DNA of 64,000 nt from assembly GCF_902459465.1 (NCBI RefSeq), contig NC_047064.1:18476001-18540000 (forward strand), written 5' to 3'. The position numbers were made by a program, and so were the translations under genes. This document shows, piece by piece, positions 13,548 through 26,118 of this stretch. This DNA is from Asterias rubens (Eukaryota). Each line of letters starts with the position of its first letter. The stretch's first letter is position 1. The notes under the pieces were generated by a model. The model was not told where the DNA came from and made no database searches. It saw nothing but the letters and a program-made list of their open reading frames with translations.

Positions 13548-14288
13548 GTATGTCCATCTCCTGCCGATTTTAGATTTTTAGGCAGGTTTTGAAACAGGTT
13601 TTAAAGACACTGGACACCTTTGGTAATTGTCAAAGACCAATCTTCTCACTTGGTCTATCTCAACATATGCACAACATAACAAACCTGTGAAAATTTGAAC
13701 TCAATTGGTTGTCGAAGTTGCGAGATAATAATGGAAGAAAAAACACCCTTGTCACACAAAGTTGTGTGTTTTCAGATGCTTGATTTCGAGACCTCACGAA
13801 TGAGGTCTCAGATTTTTAAACAGGTTTTTCACCGTATTTTCTTTTTTTATGCGTATGTCAGGATACACCAAGTGAAGATATTGGTTGTTGAGGATTACCA
13901 AAAGTACACCCTGCCTTTGAAAGGGCAAAGGGAACAAATATGTATTTGCTGTTTGATAAAAACAACTCTTTGTATTGTTAAGAATGGGTTAATAGTTGCT
14001 TATGCAATATTACGTATTAAGTAAACTGGTGGTCGTGATTCTTGTCTTGATGACCCATTGTCCCCGACCGCATTTGCCAGCAGAACATTGGAATTCCACG
14101 AAACTGGTTGTTTAAAATGATGGACAATGCTTGCGACTCGGCAGATTCTAAGTTTTGGTTTACAGAAACTGACGTGAGTGTGATAACTTCGACTGTCAGT
14201 TTTGGTTTACAGAAACTGACGCGAGTGTGATAACTTCGACTGTCGGAATAACTTTGTTTTGTTTTCTTTGCCTTTTTGTGCGGACCAG

Positions 14289-14676
14289 GCATTCAGTCAC
14301 ACAGCCCTCTACGATGTAGCCATATCAGATTACTTCCGTCAGCAGTACTGCAGCAATGCCTCCCAACTTAGCCTCCGCTATGGGACCAACCCCCACCAGA
14401 AGCCCGCTCAACTCTTCACCTACCGCGAGGAGCTCCCTCTGAAGGTGCTCAACGGTTCCCCTGGGTTCATCAACCTCTGCGATGCCCTCAATGCCTGTCA
14501 GCTGGTCAAGGAGTTGCGCGCCGCACTCGGGATGCCGGCGGCGTCCTCTTTCAAGCACGTCAGCCCCGCCGGTGCTGCTGTTGGGTATGAGTTGAGTCCA
14601 GAGCAGGCGAAGCTGTGTATGGTAGCTGACATGATGCCGTTAACCCCGCTGGCCACAGCTTATGCCAGAGCAAGAG
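14289..14676 (+). CDS. ATIC: ATIC exon 8 (AFSHTALYD...RYGTNPHQ...FKHVSPAG...AYARARG)
   Basis: accag| ... |gtttgg, 388 nt; AICAR transformylase region with catalytic K-H in FKHVSP. Confidence 0.97.
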
Positions 14677-14863
14677 GTTTGGTTTATTCATTTTGGATTT
14701 TACCCATATACACCGATGTGTCTTAGCACTGTATACTCGGTACTTTCCTGAGTTCTATGAAAGAATTCACAGGCATATTACTCGGGTAGGGTTGGAACAT
14801 ACGACCTTTGCTAATGTAGAGCAGTGTTATACAAACTGGACCACTGAGAATGCCCTGTAGCTA

Positions 14864-15520
14864 CAATCCCGGCCAAAATGTGTTAAAATGCATTACAATA
14901 ACCATTCCCTGTCCGCTTCCCCCTGACAATATACAATTGTTGCACATTGTGACGGGGTCCATGGCGTTTTGTACACTCGAGGGTGGAAATGGAACCCGAG
15001 GCGAAGCCGAGGGTGCCATTTCCCCTTGAGGGTGTACAAACCCCATGGACCCCAGTCACAACGTGCAACAATTGTTTTGTTATACCTGTGTATAATTGTT
15101 ATTCCTCTTCTCAAAGTTCTGTTGTCATCTTCAAACATTATTACGACGGACTATTCATTGTTTAATGAGCAGACGAACAAGAAACAATTCCCTCGAGCCT
15201 GCAGTTGTTTCACACAGCGCTGGAAATCGACTAACGCTGGGAACGATCAATGTGATGTACACCGGTGTACATTAATTTTCATGTTACCCGGCCCGTCGAG
15301 CCATGTAACATGCGTTTTTGTTGCGCGTCACATGATTGGTTCTCGACCAATCAAACTTCACAGTTTGTTACCGAGGTATAACAATAAATATTGTCTCCCT
15401 TGTCCCCGTCCCCCCGCTCAATGTTGACTGGAATGCTGAAGACCGTGCAATGAGAACCAATATTGAAAGGGGGCAGGTGGGGGGGGGGGGGGGGGTGCCA
15501 ACAAGATATGGCCGGGATTG
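14864..15520. mobile_element. Non-autonomous TIR element (Tc1/mariner-like, TA TSD) nested in a SINE
   Basis: TA|CAATCCCGGCC ... GGCCGGGATTG|TA, interrupting SINE sequence ...GTAGC-TA-GAGGCAG. Confidence 0.7.
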
Positions 15521-15805
15521 TATAGAGGCAGTTTGAATTCTATGTTTTGGCAGCTGGTACTGCAAACGATTTAATTGTTAGTGTTGTAAGTATGTCACTG
15601 CTCTAGAATTGCGAAGGTCATTGGTTCAAATCCCACCCGAGTAATGTGCCTGTGAATTCTTTCACAGAACTCGGGAAAGTTCTGAGGATCTTGAGCGAGT
15701 GTCTTGCTCAATGACTCAAGTGTCACGACAGGGACTCGAGCCCACTCTCTGCTGATCAAAAATACCAGATCTTACCTAGCCATGACACCAAATCTGTAGC
15801 AAGTC

Positions 15806-15991
15806 TAAAGCCCGGTTCATACTTCCTGCGAATGCGAACGGGAAGCGAATGTTGACGTCACAAAAATCGCAATGAATATTCGCAGCAGTGCAGCTCCGTT
15901 CAACTCACTTGCGAATATCGCTGCGAAAGGATAGTTGTGACGTCAAATTCGCTTCGCATTTGCATTCGCAGGAAGTATGAACCGGGCTTTA
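15806..15991. mobile_element. MITE (PIF/Harbinger-like)
   Basis: TAAAGCCCGGTTCATACTTCCTGCGAATGC ... GCATTCGCAGGAAGTATGAACCGGGCTTTA. Confidence 0.7.
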
Positions 15992-16042
15992 TAGGTTGAT
16001 ATATCTTCAGTTATATAAGGGTTACATTCAATCTTCCTCTAG

Positions 16043-16635
<593 letters not shown>

Positions 16636-16925
16636 TGATGAATATACCTTTAGAGGGGTGGTAGAACATGGGTGTGTTCCTTATGAACAACACAACAAAT
16701 TTTCCCCTACCATAATTTTTGTTTGACATTTTGTGATGGATTAAAACAATTTTAGATAAAAAAATGTAGTTTTTGTGTGCTTTGCTGTTGCCACCCTTAT
16801 TTTTTTGCAACAACAAAGTTACATGTCTGCAATAAATCCAGGGCCCATTTTCATAGAGCTCTTAAATACTTTTTGCTTGAGCAGCTCTATGAAATTGGGC
16901 TTCAACCAATTTCATAGAGCTGCTT

Positions 16926-17295
16926 AAAGCCATTGGACCCTTTCGGTAAACAGTATTGTCCAAGGCCTACACTTCGTGTACCACAACTTCTATATCAAAT
17001 AACAAACCTGTGAAAATTTAGGCTCAATCTGTCATCGGAGTCGGGAGAAAATAACGGGAAAACCCACCCTTGGTTTCCGCGCGTTTCGCCGTGTCATGAC
17101 ATGTGTTTAAAATAAATCCGTAATTCTCGTTAACGAGAATTGATATCGTTTTGCTGTTTTCTCAAAAAGTAAAGCATTTCATGGAATAATATTTCAAGAG
17201 AAGTCTTTCACCACTACCTTCTGTAAACCCTGTAAGTTATTTGTAAATCTGTGAACTTTTTTTTTTTTTCTGAACCGAAAGGGTCCAATGGCTTT
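16926..17295. mobile_element. Kolobok-like non-autonomous element (TTAA flanks); second copy 57513-57880
   Basis: TTAAAGCCATTGGACCCTTTCG ... CGAAAGGGTCCAATGGCTTTAA; the two copies are highly similar. Confidence 0.65.
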
Positions 17296-17601
17296 AAGCA
17301 CAAAAAAATTACGTTCATCAGAGTTTGGTTACCAGCCAAAATAAAATATCATGACACATGAACCCTTTGTGACTGGTATCGACTGCTAATATTTGCCTAC
17401 CAGAAAAATAAATAAGCAATGTTTGTCTTGCTTAGGCAGCTTTATGAAATCGGGCACTATAAAGAGAAAGACAGATTTACAGCTGTAAGTCTGCTGCTAC
17501 TTTGTAACCCCCCCCCCCCCTCGATATGGCCCATTCCGAAACCTCTGTTTTGGATACCTCTGATTAATAATAAACAATGTTAATTGTTTGTGTTTTTCTA
17601 G

Positions 17602-17691
17602 GTATCGGATGGTATAATAGCCCCTGGGTACGAGCCTGAGGCATTTGAAATCCTGGCCAAGAAGAAGGGCGGCAAATACTGTATTCTCACG
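17602..17691 (+). CDS. ATIC: ATIC exon 10 ([30 protein letters not shown]), last ATIC exon found in the window
   Basis: ttctag| ... |gtaagt, 90 nt; ends at a perfect donor with no stop codon, so the gene is incomplete here. Confidence 0.95.
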
Positions 17692-17937
17692 GTAAGTGAC
17701 TGTTCTCAAGTTTATGTAAACCCAGGGATGTGATTTCTCCCTGTTTTTTCTTGTGTTTTTTTTTTCTTCAGAAATGAAGCTAACATCCTGCATGTCTCTC
17801 CTAATATTCATGCATCATGTCATAATTCTTACCCTACTGAGGTATAGGCGCAAGTCCACCGCCGCTTGCAGTGGCTGTGCCTGTGGCCTCATTGTGGGTT
17901 AGAACTGTGACGTACTCATGCATAAGTGAGGCGTATT

Positions 17938-18387
17938 CAGGGATGCCAGTTTTCCGGCTTTTGCTGGAATTCACGCTTTTTCAAATTTTCCCCCGTTTTT
18001 TTTCCGGCGCTCCGTGTTTCAGCTGGCCGGAAAAAAATTAATTTTTAGAAAAATGATTTACGGCGCTCCGTATTTATCTGGCCGGAGAAAATATATTTTA
18101 AATGAAAACAGAGTTCCGGCGTTTCGTATTTCATCTGGCCGGAGAAAATATGTGCCGTCAACTCGCCGTCATCTCAACCACTACGCAGATGGCAGGTATG
18201 AACTAGCCTTGACCCAAGGTGTTAGCAGTCAATTAAGATAAAGTGCAGTACATACTACACTTGCAGTACCAATCATTGACGCCTTTGGGAAAGACTATTC
18301 CAAATGCAGGAAAGCGCCCTCTGTTACCCCCTCTCATCGCTGCAATTTTTGTTCAGGCTCTGAAAGAAAGAGTCACTGGCATCCCTG
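17938..18387. mobile_element. hAT-like MITE
   Basis: TIRs CAGGGATGCCAGT/ACTGGCATCCCTG; 8-bp TSD GGCGTATT/GGCGTATA; internal CCGGAGAAA subrepeats. Confidence 0.75.
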
Positions 18388-19895
18388 GGCGTATAAAGCC
18401 CCAGGTTGCAGAGGAGGGCTTTTAAAACCAAAGATAAGTGTTAATAATTGGGCTCCGTGCTCGCAAGTTTTCGAGTTCAGTTTTGTTTTTTCAACAGCCT
18501 AACACATCCCTGTAAACCTGACCGTAAGGCCGACCATGTTTTTGCAGTCTTGGATTGCAAGGGATTTTCCTTAACTTTTTTTTTAAACTCGCCTGGCGAA
18601 TGACTCAATTCAATTTTTGGGTTGCACGCAAGATTTTACATGTTTGTAAACTTAAACAACGGTCGCGATTGAGGCCACATTCAATGAAGAACATGCCAAG
18701 ACTTAAGACTTGTCAAACCATTTTACGATCTCTTTGGGATTTTACAACTGTATCCCTCAGTTATTGTGACAAGCAAAACATGTTTTACTCAAGCTGTGAC
18801 TAGTAACACCCATATTATAGACATGGGAGGTGGTGCTTTGTGCATTACCGGCCAGGCTTCGGACTGATGATACCCAAGCCTACATCCGTACAGCCTCTGG
18901 AAAAAATAATTGTAGCCCACACCTTGAAGTGGCCTTCAAGTCTGGCAACTTGCAAAAAAATTTTTTAAAAATAGACGCCGCTTCCACTGTGATGGAAAAG
19001 TGGCCGAGAGCGTGGCCAATCGGGGGCAAAAAGTGGGAGGATCTCCATTAGAGTGGTTTGGTCGGGGTGGGATTTCCTAGGTCGGGAAGTTGCGTTCTCT
19101 CCCCATGCTTATTTTGAACATGCTCAAAATAAGCATAGCCAGTTTGTATCAAACAATAAGAGGGGCAAAGTCGAGTGGGAACGCCATTATCTAAAAAACA
19201 GCATGGTAGCATCCTTGTGAGATCTCTTTGGTCGCAATAAAACGCAGTACTGTCAAGTAGAAACAACCGTTTGGTCGGCATTGGTCTTGTGGTATTCGTA
19301 GTGGTCAGCATAAATTTTGATGTAAAAGCAGTACAGTTGAACAAATAAATGTCTTGAAATTCAAATGTTGTGTCGAGTCTCTAACTTTCCAAATTGCTTA
19401 ACGTTGACGATGATTGTATCCCGACTTGATAACTTTTTGAGATCGGGGTGATAGGCACGGTCTTCGTAAGGTTGCAGAGCTGTGTGAACAGGTCTGACTG
19501 TTTTTAGTCACATTTGGCGACGGGGCGACTGCTAATTTCGAACTTTGATTGCACCGTTGATCCTCACCTCTACAAAGTACAGGCATGATATCCTTCCTAC
19601 TTTGGTTCGTTTTCTGGTTTTTTTTGCCCTTGCATACATGTGTAAATCAGAAAAACATTGTTTTTTTTTGCAGAGATCATTTGTTTCCATTTATGTTCAA
19701 GTACATCTTTAAAGAAACACAGACTAATGAAAGAATAAAACTTTTTAAAGCAGTTTGGTACTTTGATGGAGAACCAGCTAATTTGACTAGACCTACATGT
19801 AAACAAAAGGGCCTTACCATCAACTAGCTACTAAAAGTACATTAAACCAAAAGATTGAAGAAAGATTATTATTATTATCATTATTATTATTATTA

Positions 19896-20705
19896 TAGGT
19901 TTTCTCGGTCAATATCGGAAAATGAGCAGCCAATTTAACCACCAGCCTATTCTATTTCGCACGAAATCCAATGCTACTGAAAAGGGTCATTCGATTTCTT
20001 TTTAAGACTAGTCAAATTTACTTTTACGTCATTCGATTTAACAAAATAATCATTCAATTTAACAATTCATCAAAGCTGCACTCAAATTGGCAGGAGTTTT
20101 TTTGAAGCGTGTGTTTAGTCATTCAATTTCACGCCAACAGATTAATGGTTGGTGAATATTAATAAAAAAAAGAAAAAAAAAAAACTGGAAAAACATAAAT
20201 ATAAAAAAAAACATTCAAGCACATTCAAATATTAGGTCTTGGTCAGTTAACCATTAAATGCCCCCCGAAAAAATAAAGAAGAAAAAACCCTTATGGGGCC
20301 CCAGGTAAAGTCTAATGGAAACATAAAATAAAGAAAGTAAGGTTCGCTTAAATTAAAAGGGAAGGTACAAAACAGTTACCTTTTACAGTTGATCTGTTTA
20401 TTTCTATTTCTTTAGTCGTATACTTATTTGAATCCTCGTTTAGCGAAATTGATTGCCTCTTTACGAAATTGAAAATGATTAAATCAGCGAAATCTCTAGT
20501 CGAACCAGCTTTGCTAAATTGAATGATGATTGTTAGTCATGAAAAAGAATGAGTGTGCTAGCAACTTGAATGCCTCAAAACAAAATTGAATGACCGAATT
20601 CTGAATTTGAATAGCAGTAAAAACCGGAGAGGGAAAATAGCTTTAATTCGAACGCATGAAAATTACATTTGCTGCTCATTTTCCGAAATTGACCAAGAAA
20701 ACCTA
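19896..20705. mobile_element. TIR element with TA flanks
   Basis: TAGGTTTTCTCGGTCAATATCGGAAAATGAGCAGC ... GCTGCTCATTTTCCGAAATTGACCAAGAAAACCTA. Confidence 0.7.
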
Positions 20706-21225
20706 TATTATTATTTATGGTTTATTAAAATCTAACTTGTAGCCAATGGCTAAATTGCATCAGTACAATACAAATTTTCAAAGCAATTAACATTAAGCAA
20801 TGAGCAATTAGAAAGAAATAAATAGTTATCAAAAAGTACTAACCGCATTAAAATACATTGGGAGAACTCAACATAAAGAGAGACTGTCACAAATGTAAAA
20901 CATGTAGATTGCATTAAATTTGTACAATAATAATTTAAAAAACAATTTACATTAAGTTTTGATCAATAAAAAGGAAATGATTAAACAAAACTTGACTTAC
21001 AGGGGGAGTACCCTACATAAAGACAAGGCAGTCACAAATTTAGCAATCAAAAGAACCCATCAAGCAAATGTTATGAGCTCCTTGCACCAAAAAGCTTGTG
21101 AAGCAATTTCCAAAAAAATTGCAACTACAGCACATACATGTTGTTTAAGTGTTTATCTGGCCACCTGGCATGTGGCCCCTCATTTGAGGGCAATATTTTT
21201 TATAAAATGCATATGGTTGGAAAGA

Positions 21226-21435
21226 TGTTTTAAAAGTAGAATACAGTGATCCACACAAATTTGCCTCGAAATTGCGTGGTTTTCCATTTACTGTGCGAAC
21301 TAACACGGTGGGTCATTTAAGGGAGTCAAAAATTTGACTCCCATAAATGGCCGACCGTGTTAGTTGACGAGGTAAAAGGAAAACCGTGCAATTCTGAGGC
21401 ATGTTTGTGTGGATCATTGTATTCTACTTTTACAA
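21226..21435. repeat. Imperfect palindromic (fold-back) element
   Basis: AAAAGTAGAATACAGTGATCCACACAAA ... TTTGTGTGGATCATTGTATTCTACTTTT. Confidence 0.7.
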
Positions 21436-22122
21436 CATCTTTCTACCCATATGCATTTTATAACAAACGGTTACAAACGCTTTTCAAAGACCAACTCGAC
21501 CGATCCAAGGCAACGTGTTCCTTTAGTGTGAATAATGATTGCTTATAAATGTGTTCTAATATTACTTGGAAGACAACTCTTAAATTCTTCCATTAGTACC
21601 AAATCATGCAAGTGATCAAAACTTGACAATGGCTTTTAGGTTGAAATATACATCAGTTGATGCTTTACCATCACAGCATACAAGTCTGCCAAAGGTCTGG
21701 TTTAAAAAAAATAATACCGATGACGTCACCAAAAAAACATCTAAAGATACACTTTTACTAGATGTTTGTGTCAAAGAGTTTATGACAATTGTTTCAAAAT
21801 TGGTAAACATAATCTCCTTCATAACAGCAACATATCTGTGGAGTCTTAGCTTCATGACGTCATCATGTGTCACGTGGTATTGCTTTAAAGGTGCACTTTT
21901 CAAAGCTGTGTGTATGCCAAACCAAAAGTTCGACTGAGGTGAAACTTGGTGTATTGTAAGTCGATGACATTAACTTCTTGAACTCAAAATGATGTCATGA
22001 TGACATCCTCATAATGTTTTGACAATTTTTGCAATTTTGATCATTTAGTACAAATCTTGAGAACAAAGCAAGGTGCATTATTTGTTTTTTATACCAGGCT
22101 TTTACTCCCAGGAACCGAACAC

Positions 22123-22917
22123 CTAGAGTTTGTTCACCGAATTCTTAATGTCTTGTTTTTCATACTCATCTGCTTTCTCTCTCTGTTCTTTCCAGTCATC
22201 AGGCTTGATGTCAATGCCCAAGTCTTCAACTGTTTTTTTGAGTACTTCATATCCTGATTCAATACTTTGAATCTTTTCTTTCAAGTTTTCCATTTTTTTT
22301 AGTTTTTGAATGTCACTGCCTTCAATGTCCAAGCTTTCATCTGCGTCTTCTCCTGGTTTAGACTTTTGCATTTTTCCAATATAATAGTCCAGCATTAAAA
22401 GTGTCACCTTCTTCCATGCAGAACTATCCATGGGTGACAAGGTAATCCTATCATTACCCTTTAACTTGTTGCGGCCGGTTTTATCTGTGAAGGTCTTGGC
22501 AAAGTGAATGTTAAACTCGACCTTGTCATGTTTTTCTATGAATTGTATGATCTTGTCAGCACAGTCACCACACGGGGAGTAGTTGATGTAGAGTGTACAT
22601 GTATACTCAGGTGACTTATTCGCTGACTCAGGTGACTTATTCGCTGAATCAAGGTCAGACTCAAGGTCAGCCTCAAGGTCAGCCTTAAGGTCAGCTTGGA
22701 AAAGAAGCTCAGCATGAAGCTCATTAGGTTTGTTGTAATACATCTTGGGGGTCCCTTCTGGACTTTGCACAATGAGAATGGTTTCCTTGGGCCATTCAAA
22801 CCGGTCCTTGGGCCATTTCCCTTGAGAGTATCCCGACCTGATCATGACAGCAATGTCATGATCAAAAACATGATCAATGTCACGTTCAAAACTGTCAGGC
22901 TCGTATTTGCTTGCCAT
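22123..22917 (-). CDS. DA1: AID/APOBEC-like cytidine deaminase, 264 aa (MASKYEPD...)
   Basis: ELHAE ... LYINYSPCGDC ... FNIHFAKTF. The ATG lies 13 nt after the acceptor tttacag|; the longer ORF-track start is intronic. Confidence 0.9.
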   Translation of the reverse strand: MASKYEPDSFERDIDHVFDHDIAVMIRSGYSQGKWPKDRFEWPKETILIVQSPEGTPKMYYNKPNELHAELLFQADLKADLEADLESDLDSANKSPESANKSPEYTCTLYINYSPCGDCADKIIQFIEKHDKVEFNIHFAKTFTDKTGRNKLKGNDRITLSPMDSSAWKKVTLLMLDYYIGKMQKSKPGEDADESLDIEGSDIQKLKKMENLKEKIQSIESGYEVLKKTVEDLGIDIKPDDWKEQREKADEYEKQDIKNSVNKL

Positions 22918-23220
22918 GCTGATAGAATTTCTGTAAAAATACATAGGAAGTTTCCATGTTAATTCTTTTTGCAATATTAAAGAAACATTCTGCTTTAAAT
23001 TGTATGCAGTTTGTGTGTGATATAATAACCACACTTCACAATGGACCATCTTGTTACCTGAACTCTTAAAATTTGTGCCTCCCTCGTTATAGTAGTTAAA
23101 CTCCCCTCCCCTCCCCCTATTTGGAAATCATTTACCGAAACACATTAATTTATTATTATTTATATTTTTCATTTGTTTACTTATGTATTTATTTATTTAT
23201 TATGATGAATAGGGTAGATG

Positions 23221-23259
23221 GCCTTAGCTTTCGATCCAATCCGGACCTTCTTCAGAGGC
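23221..23259 (-). ncRNA. Minimal type-I hammerhead ribozyme motif in the Penelope pseudo-LTR
   Basis: GCCU-CUGAAGA-A-GGUCC-GGAUU-GGAUC-GAAA-GCUA/AGGC: stems I and II pair, palindromic stem III (AGCU), CUA cleavage triplet. Confidence 0.75.
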
Positions 23260-23772
23260 ATAAAACAAGTACAAACAAATACATATCCATTTATAGAAAA
23301 AGATAGGGGGAAAGGGATTAAGGAAAGGATCCAGAAAGAAGCGGGAAAATACCAGCCAATCAAAGTTTCTATTTCAGAAACAATATTGGTGGCTATGAAC
23401 CAATAGGAGTGAAGTGGCGAGGACAAAGGATGTTTAGAATGAAAGGAAGGGTTACTGGACCATAAAAGTGGTAAATGTATTGTTCGACAACAATGCAGGG
23501 AGACATGAAAGGGTAGGATTAGAGAGCAAGTTGCATCATGATGCAACTAACAATGGTCAATTAATAAGAATAGCAAGACCAAAGGTATGATGATTTTAAA
23601 AATAGGTATGAGGGACCTGTGGAAAAAAGGGGGGGGGGGGTTACTTACATCAGATAGTTACAGTGATGAATTTATAAAAACAACTTTAAACTAGGTTAAT
23701 TTATACTTTATGTACAGAATATATACAACATATAAGTTCTTAGGCAGAAGTGAAGTGGAGGGTAATGAGAAG

Positions 23773-26118
23773 TTATTTATCACCAGTGTTTATGTTAAGT
23801 CCAAAGGGTTTGACTGTCTTGAGTTGGTGAATCCAGTGTGATTCTCTATGCTTGCGGTGTGTGTCATCACCATTGCAAGCTTCAATCACCAGAAGTTCAA
23901 CATCACTGACACTATGATTGGGGCTGTTGAAGTGGATAGAGACTGGGTACGGTTTCTTAGTCTTTATGGAAGAGACATGATTCGCAAAGCGAAGACTAAG
24001 TTTGGTCTTAGTCTCTCCCACATATTGTAGCCCACATCTCTTACATGATATGACATAGACTACATTACACGTGCTGCATTCAGAGTCGGTCTTGATGTTG
24101 TATGAAGAGCCAGTGGTATGACTCTTCACCTTACATGAGGGCTTAATGTGCAGACACGTTTTGCATTTGGAACGGGTACATTTGTGACAGCCCAGTATAT
24201 CTGTCGGGGGTTGTGTTTGGACTGTACCGGGGGGAATTTTGGCCCTGACTAGTATGTCACCAAGGTTCTTAGGGTGGCGGAATGCAACCATGGGAACCTC
24301 AGTGATTGCTGAGTGTAACCTGCTGGAGGAGTGAAGTATAGGCATGTTATTATTGAGAATTGAGGGAAGTTTGGGTAATTTGGGGTGGAAGGTGGTGACC
24401 AAAGCAACTCTATTGGTAGGAGTTTTTTTAGCTCCCGTGTTAGTCAACAGAGTATGACGAGGTACGTTGAGAGCCCTGTTGATAGCAAGTTGGACCCTAC
24501 GTTCGCTGTGTCCCCTAGATACTAGGTGTTTCCTTAGCTCTGATGAGCGCCTCTTGTACAGGGTATCTGTGGAACAGATACGCCTGATACGTAAGGCCTG
24601 ACTGTAAGCAATTGCCTTCTTACAGTGACTAGGGTGACAGCTATTGGAGAGAAGGTACTGGTGGGTGTCGGTGGGTTTACTGTAAACATCTGTGACAAGG
24701 CCATTAGGAGACTTGGTTATTGTTACATCTAGAAAGTTCACACTGGTGAGAGATTGTTCGGTGGTGAACTTTATGGTGGGGTGAAATGAGTTGATATGGT
24801 CAATAAACTCATCCAAGCTATCTTGGTCACCACACCAGATGGAGAAAATATCATCAATAAATCTCCACCAAACTAGTGGTCGGTTGGGGGCGGAGGACAG
24901 GAGTCTGTCCTCCAACTGAGACATGAATAGGTTAGCATATGAGGGTGCCATTTTGGTACCCATGGCAGTACCCTGTACCTGTAGAAAATGCCTGTCAGAA
25001 AATGTGAAATTATTCTTCATTAGAATGTGGCTCATGAGTTCCTTAATATGACTCACTGAGGGGCGGGACTGATTACTAGCATTGAGGGCAGAGACACATG
25101 CACTCATGCCTTCATGATGGGGTATGTTAGTATACAGTGATGAAACATCAAAAGTAACCAAAATAGCAGAGTCAGGTATTTGGTGCTTGACCTCATCTAG
25201 TTTGTGGAGAAAGTCTTTGGTATCCTTGATGAAGGAAGGAATACGGCAGACTAAGGGTTTGAGGAAGCTATCGACAAACTCAGAAATGCGCTCTGCGGGG
25301 CTACCATTCCCAGATACAATAGGTCTCCCCGGGTTATTGGGCTTGTGTATCTTAGGTAGAAGGTAGAACCTTGCTGTACGGGGGTCATGTGGGAGGAGAT
25401 AGTTAAATGTATCTTTCTCAATATCATTGGCATTATAAATCTTAACCAGGGTATCACTGATATCTTGGGAGAAAGATTCAGTGGGATCAGAAGCACATTC
25501 AATGTAATGGTCAGTGTTACTGAGCTGTCTAAGGCCCTCAGCAATGTAGTCATGTGTGTTCATGACTACAACTGCGGACCCCTTGTCAGCCCGTTTAATC
25601 ACTATGTCTGGTGATTGGCAGAGTTGTGTAAGGGCGTGACGCTCATCTTGGGGGAGGTTATTGGGAGTAGGGGTACTGGGGGCCTTAAGAACCTCGGAGT
25701 TAACCGAATTGATGTATGTCTCTAGAGCCACATCTCGGTTCTTAGGGGGTACCCAAGTACTCTTTTCCCCGAAGCGGTTGCGGGGAATAGGTTGGGTCTC
25801 CACAGATGACTCGTCATCCATGGAGGGCTCTACATGAAAGTATTCACGTAGGCGTAACCTACGATTGAACTGGGCCATGTCCTGTTGGAAAAGAAGTTGG
25901 TTAGGCTCTCTGGGTGTGGGGCAAAACTTAAGACCCCTTGAGAGGAGTTTAACCTGTGGGTCAGTAAGGACCATGTCAGACAGGTTAACTACAGTATTGG
26001 TCTCTGGCAACCTAACAGTAGGAGGAGCAATGGTGGCTCTCTTACTGTGGAAACGTCTATGGGTGTGTTTCTTATGGTTAGCCAGGACATTCATACGTTT
26101 CTTGTTCTGTTTGTCCAT
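23773..26118 (-). CDS. Penelope-like reverse transcriptase / GIY-YIG endonuclease, 781 aa
   Basis: RT motifs FDVSSLYTNIP, QGTAMGTKMAP, WRFIDDIF; GIY-YIG NVVYVISCKRCGLQYVGET...RF..H...E; no stops or frameshifts. Confidence 0.95.
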   Translation of the reverse strand: MDKQNKKRMNVLANHKKHTHRRFHSKRATIAPPTVRLPETNTVVNLSDMVLTDPQVKLLSRGLKFCPTPREPNQLLFQQDMAQFNRRLRLREYFHVEPSMDDESSVETQPIPRNRFGEKSTWVPPKNRDVALETYINSVNSEVLKAPSTPTPNNLPQDERHALTQLCQSPDIVIKRADKGSAVVVMNTHDYIAEGLRQLSNTDHYIECASDPTESFSQDISDTLVKIYNANDIEKDTFNYLLPHDPRTARFYLLPKIHKPNNPGRPIVSGNGSPAERISEFVDSFLKPLVCRIPSFIKDTKDFLHKLDEVKHQIPDSAILVTFDVSSLYTNIPHHEGMSACVSALNASNQSRPSVSHIKELMSHILMKNNFTFSDRHFLQVQGTAMGTKMAPSYANLFMSQLEDRLLSSAPNRPLVWWRFIDDIFSIWCGDQDSLDEFIDHINSFHPTIKFTTEQSLTSVNFLDVTITKSPNGLVTDVYSKPTDTHQYLLSNSCHPSHCKKAIAYSQALRIRRICSTDTLYKRRSSELRKHLVSRGHSERRVQLAINRALNVPRHTLLTNTGAKKTPTNRVALVTTFHPKLPKLPSILNNNMPILHSSSRLHSAITEVPMVAFRHPKNLGDILVRAKIPPGTVQTQPPTDILGCHKCTRSKCKTCLHIKPSCKVKSHTTGSSYNIKTDSECSTCNVVYVISCKRCGLQYVGETKTKLSLRFANHVSSIKTKKPYPVSIHFNSPNHSVSDVELLVIEACNGDDTHRKHRESHWIHQLKTVKPFGLNINTGDK

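Noticed and set aside
19048-19344. 98-aa ORF and other 60-120-aa ORFs at 0-6 kb and 50-58 kb
   Set aside because: No recognisable motifs; mostly within repeats or with non-ATG starts.
22918-23049. N-terminal extensions of DA1, DA2, DA3 and DA5 in the ORF track
   Set aside because: They cross a conserved splice acceptor 10-13 nt before a homologous ATG, so they are intronic read-through.
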